Shown one piece after another: positions 8,083-18,551 of a stretch of 64,000 nucleotides of DNA. Below the pieces are notes generated by a model. That model made no database searches and had not been told where the DNA came from. It was given only the letters and a program-made list of their open reading frames with translations. Origin of the DNA: Alphaproteobacteria bacterium (lineage in GTDB: Bacteria; Pseudomonadota; Alphaproteobacteria; Bin95); assembly GCA_965220855.1 (NCBI GenBank), contig CBDCQY010000002.1, positions 359,542 to 423,541 on the forward strand. Direction: 5' to 3'. Positions within the stretch are counted from its first letter, which is position 1, and every line of letters starts with the position of its first letter. Position numbers and translations under genes: made by a program.

Positions 8083-10719
8083 TTACTCTTCCAGCAGCCG
8101 CTTCAGCCGATAGAGCGCCTCCAGCGCCTCGCGAGGGCTGAGCGCGTCGGGGTCGAGCTCGGCGAGCGCCGCCTCGGCGGCGGAAGGCTCGGCCGCGGCC
8201 TCCGGCGCGCGGGCGGCGGCGAAGAGCGGCAGGTCATCGGCGAGCCGGGCGATGGCGCCGCCCTGCTCGCCCGTCTCCAGCAGGCGCAGCACCTCGCCCG
8301 CGCGCTCGACCGCGGCGGCCGGCAGGCCGGCCAGGCGCGCCACATGAATGCCGTAGGAGCGGTCCGCCGCGCCGGGCGCCACCTCATGCAGGAACACGAC
8401 GTCGCCCTGCCATTCCTTCACCCGCATACAGCGGAGCGCCAGACATTCCAGCTTGCCGGCGAGCAGCGTCAACTCGTGATAATGCGTGGCGAACAGCGCC
8501 CGGCAGCGCACCGCCTCATGCAGATGCTCGACCACCGCCCAGGCGATCGACAGCCCGTCGAAGGTGGCGGTGCCGCGCCCGATCTCGTCCAGGATGACCA
8601 GCGCGCGCTCGCCCGCCCGGTTCAGGATGGCGGCGGTCTCCACCATCTCGACCATGAAGGTCGAGCGCCCGCGCGCCAGATCGTCCGAAGCCCCGACGCG
8701 GCTGAAGAGCCGGTCCGCCGCGCCGATATGGGCCGCGTCCGCCGGCACGAAGCCGCCCATCTGCGCCAGGATCGCGATCAGCGCGTTCTGGCGCAGGAAG
8801 GTGCTTTTGCCGGCCATGTTGGGGCCGGTCAGCAGCCAGAGCCGCCGGTCGGGCGAGAGGTCGCAATCGTTGGCGACGAAGGGTTCGGCGAGCGCCGCCT
8901 CGACCATCGGATGGCGCCCGCCCCGGATCTCGAAGGCGAGCGAGCCGTCCACCAGCGGCCGGCTCCAGCCGCCCTCGACCGCCAGCACCGCCAGGCCCGA
9001 GGTCGTGTCGAGCAGCGCCAGCGCCGCCGCCGCCGCCGCGACCGCCTCGGCGCGCTCCAGCACCAGCCCGGCCAGGCGCTCGAAGATGGCGAGCTCGGCC
9101 GCCAGCGCCTCCTCGGCCGCGCCGGCGATGCGCGCCTCCAGCCCGCCGAGTTCCGGCGTGGTGAAGCGCATGGCGTTGGCCATGGTCTGGCGGTGGATGA
9201 AGGCGCCGTCCGCCAGCAGACGCTCGCCGGCGGCCTGCGGGGTCTCGATGAAATAGCCGAGCATGTTGTTGTGGCGGATCTTGAGCGCGCCGACGCCCGT
9301 CTCGGCGGCGTAGCGCGCCTGGAGGCCGGCCACGGTCTTGCGGCTGTCGTCGCGGAGCGCGCGGAGCCGGTCGAGGTCGGGATCGTAGCCGGGCGCGACG
9401 AAACCGCCCTCGCGCGCCCCGATGGGCAGGGTGGGCCCGAGCGCGGCCGCCAGCGCTTCCACCAGCGGCTCATGCCCTCGAAGCGCCGCGCAGGCTTCGG
9501 CCAGGAGCGGCGGCGGGGCGTCGAACAGGCAGGCCAGCTCGGCCCCGAGCGCGAGCGCGTCGCGCACCGCCGCCAGGTCGCGCGGGCCGGCGCGCCCGAG
9601 GCCGAGCCGCGAGAGCGCGCGTTCGAGGTCGCCCGCGCGCGCGAGCCGCTCCACGGTCTCGCGGCGAAGCCGGTCCTCGCCATGGAAGCGCGCCACGGCG
9701 TCCTGGCGCGCGGCGATCGCCGCCGGGTCGGTCAGGGGCGCCGCCAGCCAGGAGGCCAGCAGCCGCGCGCCGCCGGCGCTCCGCGTGCGGTCGATGACCG
9801 CCAGCAGGCTGCCCCGGCGCTCGCCGGAGAGCGTGGCGGTGAGTTCGAGATTGCGCCGCGTCGCGGGGTCGATCTCCAGCAGGCCGCCGTCGCCGGTCGG
9901 GCGGGGCGGCGAGAGGCGCGGCAGGCGGCCCTTCTGCGTGAGTTCGAGATAGTCGATCAGCACGCCGCAGGCGGTGGCGCGGGCGCGGTCGAAGGCGCCG
10001 AAGCCGTCCAGCGTCGCCACGCCGAAGGCGGCCAGCAGGCGCTGGCGGGCGTTCTCGCTGTCGAAGCGCGCATCGGGCAGCACGGTGAGCGCGCCGTCGA
10101 AGGCGATGTCCGCCGCGCGGCGCTCGGGGACGACCAGTTCGGAAGGGGCGACGCGGGCCAGCAGGGCCGGCAGGCCGCCGGGCGGCGCGTCCTCCACCTG
10201 GAAGGCGCCGGTGGAGATGTCGGCCCAGGCGAGCGCCGCCCGCCCGCCGGCCTCGGCCAGCACCGCCAGAAAATTGTGCCGGTCGGCCTCCAGCAGCGCA
10301 TCCTCGGTGAGCGTGCCGGGCGTGACCAGCCGCACCACCTCGCGGGCCACCACGGCGCTGGCGCCGCGCTTGCGCGCCTCCGCCGGGTCTTCGGTCTGCT
10401 CGCAGATGGCGACCTTGAAGCCCTTGCGGATCAGCCGTTGCAGATAGGTCTCGTGCGCGCGCACCGGCACGCCCGCCATGGGGATGTCCTGGCCGGCATG
10501 GCGCCCGCGTTTGGTGAGCGCGATGTCGAGCGCCGCCGCCGCCTCGACCGCATCCTCGAAGAACAGTTCGTAGAAGTCGCCCATGCGGTAGAACAGGAGA
10601 TAGCCCGGATGCGCCTCGCGAATGGCGAGATACTGGGCCATCATCGGCGTGTTGCCGGCTTTCTTCGAAGAACTCATCGCAGGCGCGGGCGTCGGGGTTG
10701 CCGCCCCAGCATCCTGCAT
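8083..10719 (-). CDS. mutS: DNA mismatch repair protein MutS
   Basis: [53 protein letters not shown]; start could be 10677. Confidence 0.97.
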   Translation of the reverse strand: MQDAGAATPTPAPAMSSSKKAGNTPMMAQYLAIREAHPGYLLFYRMGDFYELFFEDAVEAAAALDIALTKRGRHAGQDIPMAGVPVRAHETYLQRLIRKGFKVAICEQTEDPAEARKRGASAVVAREVVRLVTPGTLTEDALLEADRHNFLAVLAEAGGRAALAWADISTGAFQVEDAPPGGLPALLARVAPSELVVPERRAADIAFDGALTVLPDARFDSENARQRLLAAFGVATLDGFGAFDRARATACGVLIDYLELTQKGRLPRLSPPRPTGDGGLLEIDPATRRNLELTATLSGERRGSLLAVIDRTRSAGGARLLASWLAAPLTDPAAIAARQDAVARFHGEDRLRRETVERLARAGDLERALSRLGLGRAGPRDLAAVRDALALGAELACLFDAPPPLLAEACAALRGHEPLVEALAAALGPTLPIGAREGGFVAPGYDPDLDRLRALRDDSRKTVAGLQARYAAETGVGALKIRHNNMLGYFIETPQAAGERLLADGAFIHRQTMANAMRFTTPELGGLEARIAGAAEEALAAELAIFERLAGLVLERAEAVAAAAAALALLDTTSGLAVLAVEGGWSRPLVDGSLAFEIRGGRHPMVEAALAEPFVANDCDLSPDRRLWLLTGPNMAGKSTFLRQNALIAILAQMGGFVPADAAHIGAADRLFSRVGASDDLARGRSTFMVEMVETAAILNRAGERALVILDEIGRGTATFDGLSIAWAVVEHLHEAVRCRALFATHYHELTLLAGKLECLALRCMRVKEWQGDVVFLHEVAPGAADRSYGIHVARLAGLPAAAVERAGEVLRLLETGEQGGAIARLADDLPLFAAARAPEAAAEPSAAEAALAELDPDALSPREALEALYRLKRLLEE

Positions 10720-10813
10720 TGCGCCGCCCGCGCCAATCCCCGACGCGGAACGGTCTGGCGCAAGTCGGGCCGGGCCGCTATGCTGGCCGCCTTGTCAGAC
10801 ATGTGAGCTATCC

Positions 10814-11074
10814 ATGGCCGAAGCAACGATATTCGATACGCTGGCGACGGTTCGCCGTCTTGAAGACGCGGGAGTGGGGCGCAAGCAGGCCGAAGCCCAT
10901 GCCGACGCGCTGGCGGCCGCCATGCGCGGCTCCGATCTCGTCACGAAGAGCGACATGCAGCTTGCGCTGGCGGCGTTGGAGGCGCGTCTCACCGTCCGGC
11001 TCTACGGCGCCCCGGTCGCGGCCGTCGGCCTCAATGTCGGGCTGACAGTCGCCCTGTTGAAGCTGCTGCCGTAG
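10814..11074 (+). CDS. Small DUF1640/CCDC90-like coiled-coil membrane protein
   Basis: FDTLATVRRLEDAG...QAEA...LVTKSD plus a C-terminal hydrophobic helix. Confidence 0.65.
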   Translation: MAEATIFDTLATVRRLEDAGVGRKQAEAHADALAAAMRGSDLVTKSDMQLALAALEARLTVRLYGAPVAAVGLNVGLTVALLKLLP

Positions 11075-11115
11075 CGGCGTCCGCGCGTCGGCGGAGGCCG
11101 GGGAGAAGGACGATC

Positions 11116-12069
11116 ATGGAATTCGGCTTCAGCATTCCGCATCGCGGCCCGCTCGCCAATCCCGCCGACCAGAAGCGTCTGGCGGTGGCGGGCGAGCGGC
11201 TCGGCTTCGGCGCGCTCACGGTCTCGGACCATATCGTCATCCCGCGCGACATCGAATCCACATATCCCTATTCCGAGACCGGCGACTTTCCCGGCAGCCG
11301 CTCGGGCGAGGCGTTCGAGATGATCGCGCTCCTGTCCTTCCTCGCCGGCGTCACGGAGAAGGCGCGGCTGGTGACCTCGGTCATGGTGCTGCCGCATCGC
11401 AATCCGCTGCTGGCCGCCAAGCAGCTGGCCACCGCCGACCTGCTGAGCGGCGGGCGGGTCACGGTCGGCTGCGGCGTCGGCTGGATGCGCGAGGAGTTCG
11501 AGGCCGTCGGCCTGCCGCCCTTCGAGGAGCGCGGCCGGGTGTCGGACGAATATCTGGCGGTCTTCAAGGCGGTCTGGACGGAGGACCCGGCGAGCTTCGA
11601 AGGCGCATATGCGCGCTTCTCGAACGTCTCCACCCTGCCGCATCCGGCGCAGAAGCCGCATCCGCCGCTGTGGATCGGCGGGGAGAGCCGGGCGGCGCTC
11701 CGGCGCGCGATCGCCCATGGCGACGCCTGGTATCCGATCGGCAACAATCCGCGCTTCATGCTGGACAGCCTGGAGCGCTACCGGGCGCGCCGCGACCGGC
11801 TGTTCGCGATGGCCGAAGCGGCGGGGCGCGACCCGGCGACCCTCGGGCTCGCCTATTCCGCCCCCTGGCATCTGGAGGAGGCGGCGGCGGACGAGCAGGG
11901 CGGGCGGCGCTTCCTCACCGGCGGGGCGGAGGAGCGCGCGGCCGACCTCCGCGCGCTCGGCGAGCTCGGCGTCGCCCATGTCTTCCTCAACTTCGCCGCC
12001 CGCTCCTTCGAAAAGACCGAAGAGCGCCTCGCCCGCTTCGCCGCCGAGGTCATGCCGCTCGTCGGCTAG
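11116..12069 (+). CDS. Luciferase-like (LLM) flavin/F420-dependent oxidoreductase
   Basis: VSDHIVIP, LVTSVMVLPHRNPLLAAKQLATADLLSGGRV, GCGVGWMREEF, PPLWIGG. Confidence 0.92.
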   Translation: MEFGFSIPHRGPLANPADQKRLAVAGERLGFGALTVSDHIVIPRDIESTYPYSETGDFPGSRSGEAFEMIALLSFLAGVTEKARLVTSVMVLPHRNPLLAAKQLATADLLSGGRVTVGCGVGWMREEFEAVGLPPFEERGRVSDEYLAVFKAVWTEDPASFEGAYARFSNVSTLPHPAQKPHPPLWIGGESRAALRRAIAHGDAWYPIGNNPRFMLDSLERYRARRDRLFAMAEAAGRDPATLGLAYSAPWHLEEAAADEQGGRRFLTGGAEERAADLRALGELGVAHVFLNFAARSFEKTEERLARFAAEVMPLVG

Positions 12070-12152
12070 CTCCCGCCCCTTGCCGTCGGCGGCGTTCCGG
12101 TGTTCCCTTGGGCGGTATCGGGCGTGATCGACAGGAGGGGAGGCCGCATCGC

Positions 12153-12920
12153 ATGGATCTGCGTCTGGCCGGGAAGACCGTTCTCATTACCGGGGCTTCC
12201 AAGGGCATCGGGCTGGCCTGCGCGGCGCTCTTTGCCGAGGAGGGCTGCGACCTGCATCTGGTGGCGCGCACCGCGGCCGACCTCGAACGCGCGCGCGACG
12301 ACATCCGCGCCCGCCACAATGTCGCCGTCGCCATCCACCCGCTCGACCTCTCCGACGGCGCCAATGTCAAGCGCCTGATCGCGGAGACCGGCGAGAGCCT
12401 CGACATCCTGGTCAACAATGCCGGGGCCATTCCGGGCGGGCCGCTCCACAGGATCGATGAGGCGCGCTGGCGCGAGGCCTGGGACCTCAAGGTGTTCGGC
12501 TACATCAACATGTGCCGGGAGATCTATCCGGTTTTCCAGGCGAAGCGCGCCGGCGTCATCGTCAATGTGGTCGGCACTGGCGGGGAGCGGCCGAGCGCGG
12601 GCTATATCGCCGGGGCCGGCGGCAATGCGGGCCTGATCGCCTTCACCCGCGCGCTCGGCGGCAAGAGTCCGGACGACGGCTTCCGCATCGTCGGCGTCAA
12701 TCCCGGCCCGATCCTGACCGAGCGGCTGACGACCATCCTGCGCGCCCAGGCGCTCGAACGCTTCGGCGACGAGGAGCGCTGGCAGGAATGCATGCCCACC
12801 AACCCGCCGCCCGGCGAATCGGAAGACTGCGCCGACCTGGTGGTCTTCCTCGCCTCGGAGCGCGCGCGCCACATTTCCGGCACCGTCGTCACCATCGACG
12901 GCGGCGCCGTCTCCCGCTAG
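12153..12920 (+). CDS. Atypical SDR family oxidoreductase
   Basis: TGASKGIG, NNAG, VGVNPG; no YxxxK (reads YIAGAGGNAG). Confidence 0.9.
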   Translation: MDLRLAGKTVLITGASKGIGLACAALFAEEGCDLHLVARTAADLERARDDIRARHNVAVAIHPLDLSDGANVKRLIAETGESLDILVNNAGAIPGGPLHRIDEARWREAWDLKVFGYINMCREIYPVFQAKRAGVIVNVVGTGGERPSAGYIAGAGGNAGLIAFTRALGGKSPDDGFRIVGVNPGPILTERLTTILRAQALERFGDEERWQECMPTNPPPGESEDCADLVVFLASERARHISGTVVTIDGGAVSR

Positions 12921-12935
12921 GAGCCCTGGCAGCCC

Positions 12936-13550
12936 ATGAGCACGACCCTCGAATTCTTCTTCGACGTCTCCAGCCCCTGGACCTATCTCGCCTTCCACCG
13001 CGTCGAGGACTTCGCCGCCGAGATGGAGGCGGAGCTGGTCTGGAAGCCCTTCCTGGTCGGCGGCGTGTTCAACAAGGTGAATCCGAGCGTCTATCAGCGC
13101 CGCGAGAACCCGGTGCCGCCCAAGGACGCCTATTACCGCAAGGACATGGAAGACTGGGCGCGCTACGAGGGCATCGTTATCGGCCGGCCGAGCGTCTTCC
13201 CGGTCAACTCGGTGAAGGCGATGCGCGGCTGCTTCCACGCCATCGACGAAGGCCGGCTCCCCGCCTTCGCGCGCGGCTGTTTCGAGGCCTATTGGCGCGA
13301 CGACCGCGATATCGGGCGGGAGGACGTGCTGGCGGAGATCGTCGAGGCGGCCGGCCTCGACAAGCAGCGCTTCTTCGCCGCGATCGCCGACCCCCTGATC
13401 AAGCAGAAGCTGTTCGACACCACGGACGAGCTGATCGCGCGCGGCGGCTTCGGCTCGCCCACCTTCTTCCTGGACGGCGACGACATGTATTTCGGCAACG
13501 ACCGCCTCGACCTGGTTCGGGCGGCGATCGAAAGGAAGCGCCATGGCTGA
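12936..13550 (+). CDS. 2-hydroxychromene-2-carboxylate isomerase / kappa-GST family (DsbA fold)
   Basis: FFFDVSSPWTYL, WKPFLVGGVF, GGFGSPTFF, YFGNDRL. Confidence 0.9.
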   Translation: MSTTLEFFFDVSSPWTYLAFHRVEDFAAEMEAELVWKPFLVGGVFNKVNPSVYQRRENPVPPKDAYYRKDMEDWARYEGIVIGRPSVFPVNSVKAMRGCFHAIDEGRLPAFARGCFEAYWRDDRDIGREDVLAEIVEAAGLDKQRFFAAIADPLIKQKLFDTTDELIARGGFGSPTFFLDGDDMYFGNDRLDLVRAAIERKRHG

Positions 13551-14823
13551 CCTTGCGCACCACAGCGAAGAAGGCGCGCTCAGCGCGGCCGCGCGCCGCG
13601 TGCTGCCCGCCGGCGGCTTCGGCAATGTGCCCTTCGAGACGGTGATCCGCAGCGGTCGGGGCGCGCATGTCCAGGATGTCTCGGGCAACGACTATGTCGA
13701 TTATCTGCTCGGCTCCGGGCCGATGATGGTCGGCCACTGCCATCCCGAAGTGGTGGAGGCGGTGCGCGAGCAGGTCGGCCGCGGCTCCACCTTCTTCGCC
13801 AATAACGAGCATGGCATCCGCCTCGCGGAGACGGTGGTCGAGGCCGTCGCCTGCGCCGACAAGGTGCGCTTCGTCTCCAGCGGCACGGAAGCCACCTTCT
13901 ATGCGCTGCGCATCGCGCGCGCCTTTCGCGGCCGCGACCGCATCCTGAAGTTCGAGGGCGGCTTCCACGGCATGCACGACTATGCGCTGATGTCGATGGC
14001 GCCGAAGCGGCCCGGCAATTTCCCCCAGGCGGCGCCGGACAGCGCCGGCATTCCGGCCGGCATTCGCGACGAGGTGCTGATCGCGCCCTTCAACGACGCG
14101 GAGACCGCCGGGCGCCTCATCCGCGAGCATGCCGACGAGCTGGCTGCGGTGATCGTCGAGCCGTTCCAGCGCCTGATCCCGCCGCGGCCGGGCTTCCTGG
14201 AGGCGGTGCGCGAGGCGACGCGCGAGACGGGCGTCGTGCTGATCTTCGACGAGGTGGTCACCGGCTTCCGCTTCGCGCCCGGCGGCGCGCAAGAGCGCTA
14301 TGGCGTCACGCCCGACCTCTGCTCGCTCGGCAAGGTGCTGGGCGGCGGCTATCCGCTGGCGGCGGTGGCCGGACGCGACGACATCATGGCGCATTTCGAC
14401 GCCGGGCGCGTGGCGGCGGACCGCTTCGCGCAGCAGATCGGCACGCTCAGCGGCAATCCGGTGGCGGCGGTCGCCGGCCTGAAGACGCTGGAGATCCTGC
14501 GCCGCCCCGGCATGTACGACCGCCATGAGGAGATCGGCCGCACGCTGATCGACGGGCTGGAGACCCTGCTCCGCGAGGCCGGCCAGGACGGCCAGGTGAT
14601 GGGCGAGCCGCCGCTGTTCGACGTGATCTTCGCGCGAGGCGAGGTCGCCGACTATCGCGCGACCATGCGGGGCGACGCGGCCCGGACCCGGTCCTTCAAT
14701 GCGGGGCTTCGCGCGCGCGGCGTCTTCAAGGGCGAGAGCAAGTTCTATCTCTCGGTGGTCCACAGCGACGCGGATATCGCGCACACGCTGGAGGCCGCCC
14801 GCGAGACGCTGAAGACGATGTGA
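13543..14823 (+). CDS. Class III PLP aminotransferase, glutamate-1-semialdehyde aminomutase-like
   Basis: RFVSSGTEAT, KFEGGFHG, LIFDEVVTGFR, SLGKVLGGGYP (PLP Lys), GTLSGNP. Confidence 0.9.
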   Translation: MADLAHHSEEGALSAAARRVLPAGGFGNVPFETVIRSGRGAHVQDVSGNDYVDYLLGSGPMMVGHCHPEVVEAVREQVGRGSTFFANNEHGIRLAETVVEAVACADKVRFVSSGTEATFYALRIARAFRGRDRILKFEGGFHGMHDYALMSMAPKRPGNFPQAAPDSAGIPAGIRDEVLIAPFNDAETAGRLIREHADELAAVIVEPFQRLIPPRPGFLEAVREATRETGVVLIFDEVVTGFRFAPGGAQERYGVTPDLCSLGKVLGGGYPLAAVAGRDDIMAHFDAGRVAADRFAQQIGTLSGNPVAAVAGLKTLEILRRPGMYDRHEEIGRTLIDGLETLLREAGQDGQVMGEPPLFDVIFARGEVADYRATMRGDAARTRSFNAGLRARGVFKGESKFYLSVVHSDADIAHTLEAARETLKTM

Positions 14824-14846
14824 GCGCGCCGGGGCGCGCGACGCGC

Positions 14847-16157
14847 TCAGAAGAGCGCGCCGTAGCTGTCAAGTATGTCCTCGAAGGCGGCCACAAGGCC
14901 GTCGAACTCTTTCTCGCCCATCGGCAGCGACAGCACCATCATGCCGCGCCGCGAGACATAATGCGCCCGCGCCATCATCTCCAGATGGAAGAGGGCGCGC
15001 GCGGCCGCCGGGGCGGCGTTGGAGTCGGTAGGCGCGGTCAGTTCCGCATCGGTCGGATGGAACATCATCATCGAGCCGACGCCGGTCACCTGCACCGGCA
15101 GGTTGCGCGTCTCGGCGGCGCTGTTGAGCCGGTGGCGCAACTGGTCGCCCTGGGCGTTCAGTTTTTCCGCCGCCTGCTCGGTGAAGACCTCCGTCAGGCC
15201 GGCGATCGCCGCCTGCATGGTCAGCACATTGTTGTTGAAGGTGCCGGCATGGCCGAAATGGTCCGCCTCGCGCGGGTCGAAGCGCGACATGATTTCCGCC
15301 TTGCCGCCGAAGGCGCCGAAGGTCAGCCCGCCGCCCAGATATTTGCCGAGCGAGGTCAGGTCCGGGGTGATACCGTGCAAGCGTTGCAGTCCGCCGGGGC
15401 CGAGGCGCGAGGTCATCACCTCGTCGAAATGCAGCAGGATGCCGTGCTCGTCGGCGGCGTCGCGCAGCATTTGCAGGAATTCCGGCTCGGCCGGGATGCA
15501 GCCGCCGCTGCCGGTCATCGGCTCGATGATAATCGCCGCGAGGTCGTGCCGGTGGCGCTCGATGGTCTCGCGCGCGCCCTCCATGTCGTTATAGCGCGCC
15601 AGCACCCAGTCGAACGGCACGTTCAGCCGGTTGCCATAGGCGCCGAAGGACAGCACGCTGCCATGATAGCTGCCCTCGAAGGCCAGTATTTTGGAGCGCC
15701 CGGTGATGGCGCGCGCCGCGCTCAGCGCCAGCAGGTTGGCCTCGGTGCCGGAATTGGTGAAGCGCACGCTGTCGAGCGCGGGGAAGCGCGCGCAAAGCAG
15801 CTCCGCCAGCCGGCCCTCGCGCGCCGTCGGGCCGCCGAGCGTGATGCCCTGGGCGAGCGCGGAAGAAATGGCGCGCTGGATCGCCGGCTCCGAATGGCCG
15901 TAAAGGCCGGCGGTCTGCTCGACGACGAAATCGGCGTAGCGGTGGCCGTCGGCGTCCTCGACATGGCAGCCGTCGCCGCCCGCCAGCGAAAGCGGGAAGG
16001 GCGGATAGTAGAGCACGGTGCGGGTGTTGCCGCCGGGCATGGCGCGGCAGGCCTGCTCGTAAAGGCCGGCGCTGGTGGGGTTGGCGTCGGCGAAGCGCGC
16101 CTCGGCGTCTTCCAGCGCGGCCGCAAGGTCGAAATTGGCGCGTTCGGTGGCGGGCAT
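14847..16157 (-). CDS. Class III PLP aminotransferase, GSA aminomutase-like (second, convergent copy)
   Basis: MPGGNTR, RFTNSGTEAN, FEGSYHG, FDEVMTSR, SLGKYLGGG, GTFNNN. Confidence 0.9.
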   Translation of the reverse strand: MPATERANFDLAAALEDAEARFADANPTSAGLYEQACRAMPGGNTRTVLYYPPFPLSLAGGDGCHVEDADGHRYADFVVEQTAGLYGHSEPAIQRAISSALAQGITLGGPTAREGRLAELLCARFPALDSVRFTNSGTEANLLALSAARAITGRSKILAFEGSYHGSVLSFGAYGNRLNVPFDWVLARYNDMEGARETIERHRHDLAAIIIEPMTGSGGCIPAEPEFLQMLRDAADEHGILLHFDEVMTSRLGPGGLQRLHGITPDLTSLGKYLGGGLTFGAFGGKAEIMSRFDPREADHFGHAGTFNNNVLTMQAAIAGLTEVFTEQAAEKLNAQGDQLRHRLNSAAETRNLPVQVTGVGSMMMFHPTDAELTAPTDSNAAPAAARALFHLEMMARAHYVSRRGMMVLSLPMGEKEFDGLVAAFEDILDSYGALF

Positions 16158-16241
16158 GGCTCTCCGGACTCCGGCCGTGGTCGAGAGGGATGCAACAGCT
16201 AACCCATGCGAGCGGGCGATAGAAGCCCGTCCTTCGGCCGC

Positions 16242-17150
16242 TCAGGGCGGCAGGTCTCGCAGGAAGCGGATGACGGCGGTGTTGAAGGCGTCGTTGCGGT
16301 CTCCGGCGACCATGTGGCCGGCGCCGGAGACATCGACGAAGCGGGCGTGGGGGGCGAGCTCCAGGAAGGCGCGCGCCTCGGCCTCGGTCACCAGGTCGCT
16401 GTTGCGCCCGCGCACCAGCAGGGTGGGCACGCCCCGGCGGGCCAGCACGCGCACGGAGGCCTCCAGCCGCTCCGGCTCCCGGTCCTCCTGGCGCGACTGG
16501 GCGTCGCCGATGAAGGCGGGGTCCCAGTGCCAGTACCAGCGCCCGTCATCGCCGGGGCGGAGATTCTTGCGCAGGCCCTCCAGGTCGCGCGGGCGGCGGC
16601 GGTCGGGCAGATAGGCGGCGACCGCATCGGCGGCCTCCTCCAGCGAGGCGAAGCCGCTTTCGGCATGGGCGCGCATGAAGGAAACGATGCGCTCGACCCC
16701 CTCGGGGCGCACGCGCGGCGTGATATCGACCAGCACCACGGCGCGCAGCACCGGCTCCGGCGACTCGCCCTCGGCCAGCAGCGCGGCGATGCCGCCGAGC
16801 GAGGCGCCGACCGCGACGGGCCGGCCGAGCTCGCGGGCGACGGCGCGGAGGTCCGCGCCGAAATGCTCGATCAGATAGCGGCCCGCGGCCGAGCGGTCGC
16901 TGTCGCCATGGCCGCGCTGGTCGAGGCTGACCGTGCGCCAGCCGCGCAGGGCCAGCGCCAGCGCGGCCCCGCCCCAGGCGTGGCGGGTCTGGCCGCCGCC
17001 ATGGGCCAGCAGAACGGTCGGCCGGTCGTCCTCGCCGCGAATGTCGGCGGCGAGTCGCAGGCCTTCCGCGCCCTCGAACCGGCGGAAGACGGGCGGAATC
17101 GGCCCGGCGTCGGGTTCCGTTGCCGCCGGCGCCTGCTCGCGCGGCGTCAT
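16242..17150 (-). CDS. Alpha/beta hydrolase
   Basis: HGGGQTRHAW, DQRGHGDS, nucleophile GASLGG, GAGHMVAGD. Confidence 0.9.
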   Translation of the reverse strand: MTPREQAPAATEPDAGPIPPVFRRFEGAEGLRLAADIRGEDDRPTVLLAHGGGQTRHAWGGAALALALRGWRTVSLDQRGHGDSDRSAAGRYLIEHFGADLRAVARELGRPVAVGASLGGIAALLAEGESPEPVLRAVVLVDITPRVRPEGVERIVSFMRAHAESGFASLEEAADAVAAYLPDRRRPRDLEGLRKNLRPGDDGRWYWHWDPAFIGDAQSRQEDREPERLEASVRVLARRGVPTLLVRGRNSDLVTEAEARAFLELAPHARFVDVSGAGHMVAGDRNDAFNTAVIRFLRDLPP

Positions 17151-17614
17151 CCGGGCCGGAGCGCCGCCAGCGCCCGGCGCAGCGCCGTCGCCACCTCCAC
17201 GCGCTCATCGGGCGCGAGAAAGGCGCCGACGATCTCGCGCCGACCGTGGGCGGCGAGCGTGAGCGGCCCCGGCGGGTCGCGCGTCGCGTCGATCTCCACC
17301 CGCAGCCGCCAGGGCGGCAGGCAGACGGTCCGCGCGGCGCCGGCGGGGTCGATGCGCTCCACGGTCAGCGCGTCGGAGGTGAGCCGGAGCCGCTCCGAGC
17401 GCCGTCCGTCGCGATAGTTGCGCCGGAAGCAGAAGGCCAGCAGCGCGAATTCGAGGCCGAGAAAGCCGAGCACCGGCCAGGCGCCGAGCGCCAGAAAGGC
17501 CAGCCCGGCCAAGAGGCCGACGCCGGCGAGCGCCGCCAGCAGCAGCCGGAAGCCCGCCGGCGGCAGCGAGCGGTGCGGCGTCAGCACCGCGTCGAAGAGC
17601 GGCCGGCCGGTCAA
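17147..17614 (-). CDS. DUF2244 family membrane protein
   Basis: LTPHRSLPPAGF, GAWPVLGFLGLE, GAFLAPDER; a TTG start overlaps the gloB stop. Confidence 0.85.
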   Translation of the reverse strand: MTGRPLFDAVLTPHRSLPPAGFRLLLAALAGVGLLAGLAFLALGAWPVLGFLGLEFALLAFCFRRNYRDGRRSERLRLTSDALTVERIDPAGAARTVCLPPWRLRVEIDATRDPPGPLTLAAHGRREIVGAFLAPDERVEVATALRRALAALRPG

Positions 17615-18375
17615 AAGCTGTCCTTGCGGCGGCGGATCTCGGCAAACACCGCCTCCGGGGCCGCGCCCTCCATGCCGACCAGGCGCTGCATCGCCGCCTC
17701 GTCGGCGCGCAGGAAGGGATTGGCGCGCTTCTCCTCGCCGAGTTCGGAGGGAATGGTGCGCTCGCCCCTGGCGCGGAGCGAGTCGATCCGCCGGGCGGCG
17801 GCCTGGAGAGCGGGGTTGTCCGGATCGACCGAGAGCGCGAAGCGCGCATTGGACTGGGTGTATTCGTGGCCGCAATAGATGCGGGTGTCGTCGGGCAGGG
17901 CGCGCAGCTTGGCGAGCGAGGACCAGAACTGCTCCGGCGTGCCCTCGAACATGCGCCCGCACCCCAGCGCGAACAGCGTGTCGCCGCAAAACAGCGCCCG
18001 GCTGTCCTCGAACCAGAAAGCGATATGGCCGCTGGTGTGGCCCGGCACGTCGAAGACCCGCGCGGTCTGCCCGCCGACCGTGTAGCTGTCGCCGTCGCCG
18101 ACCTCGACATCCAATCCCGGAATGCGCGCGCTGTCCGCTCGCGGGCCGACCAGGGTCGCGCCGTAGCGTTCGACGAGCTCGGCATTGCCGCCGATATGGT
18201 CGAAATGGTGGTGCGTGTTGAGGATATGCGTCAGTTGCCAGTCGCGGCGCTCCAGCGCGGCCATCACCGGCGCGGCCTCCGCCGGATCGATCACCGCCGT
18301 GGCCCCGCCGGCCGCATCGTGGGCGAGATAGACATAATTGTCCGACAGAGCGGGCACGATCTCGATTTCGAACAT
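17611..18375 (-). CDS. gloB: Hydroxyacylglutathione hydrolase (glyoxalase II)
   Basis: [35 protein letters not shown]. Confidence 0.95.
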   Translation of the reverse strand: MFEIEIVPALSDNYVYLAHDAAGGATAVIDPAEAAPVMAALERRDWQLTHILNTHHHFDHIGGNAELVERYGATLVGPRADSARIPGLDVEVGDGDSYTVGGQTARVFDVPGHTSGHIAFWFEDSRALFCGDTLFALGCGRMFEGTPEQFWSSLAKLRALPDDTRIYCGHEYTQSNARFALSVDPDNPALQAAARRIDSLRARGERTIPSELGEEKRANPFLRADEAAMQRLVGMEGAAPEAVFAEIRRRKDSF

Positions 18376-18551
18376 GGAGGGTCCTCTCGGCAGCGGCGTC
18401 GGCAGAATGCTACCCCGTTTCCCCGCCACGCGGAACCGCCTCTCCCCCTTGCCTCACCCGATGCGGCCCCGCATGGATCGCCGCGCCGGCTTGCCGCCTT
18501 GGCGCGCCGGCGGCTACAAGGCGGGGTCCCGGCGGGATGAAAGGGGACTCC

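Noticed and set aside
13543-16157. Calling either aminotransferase hemL
   Set aside because: The fold is shared, but the haem-pathway context is missing and both are diverged; the symbol is withheld.
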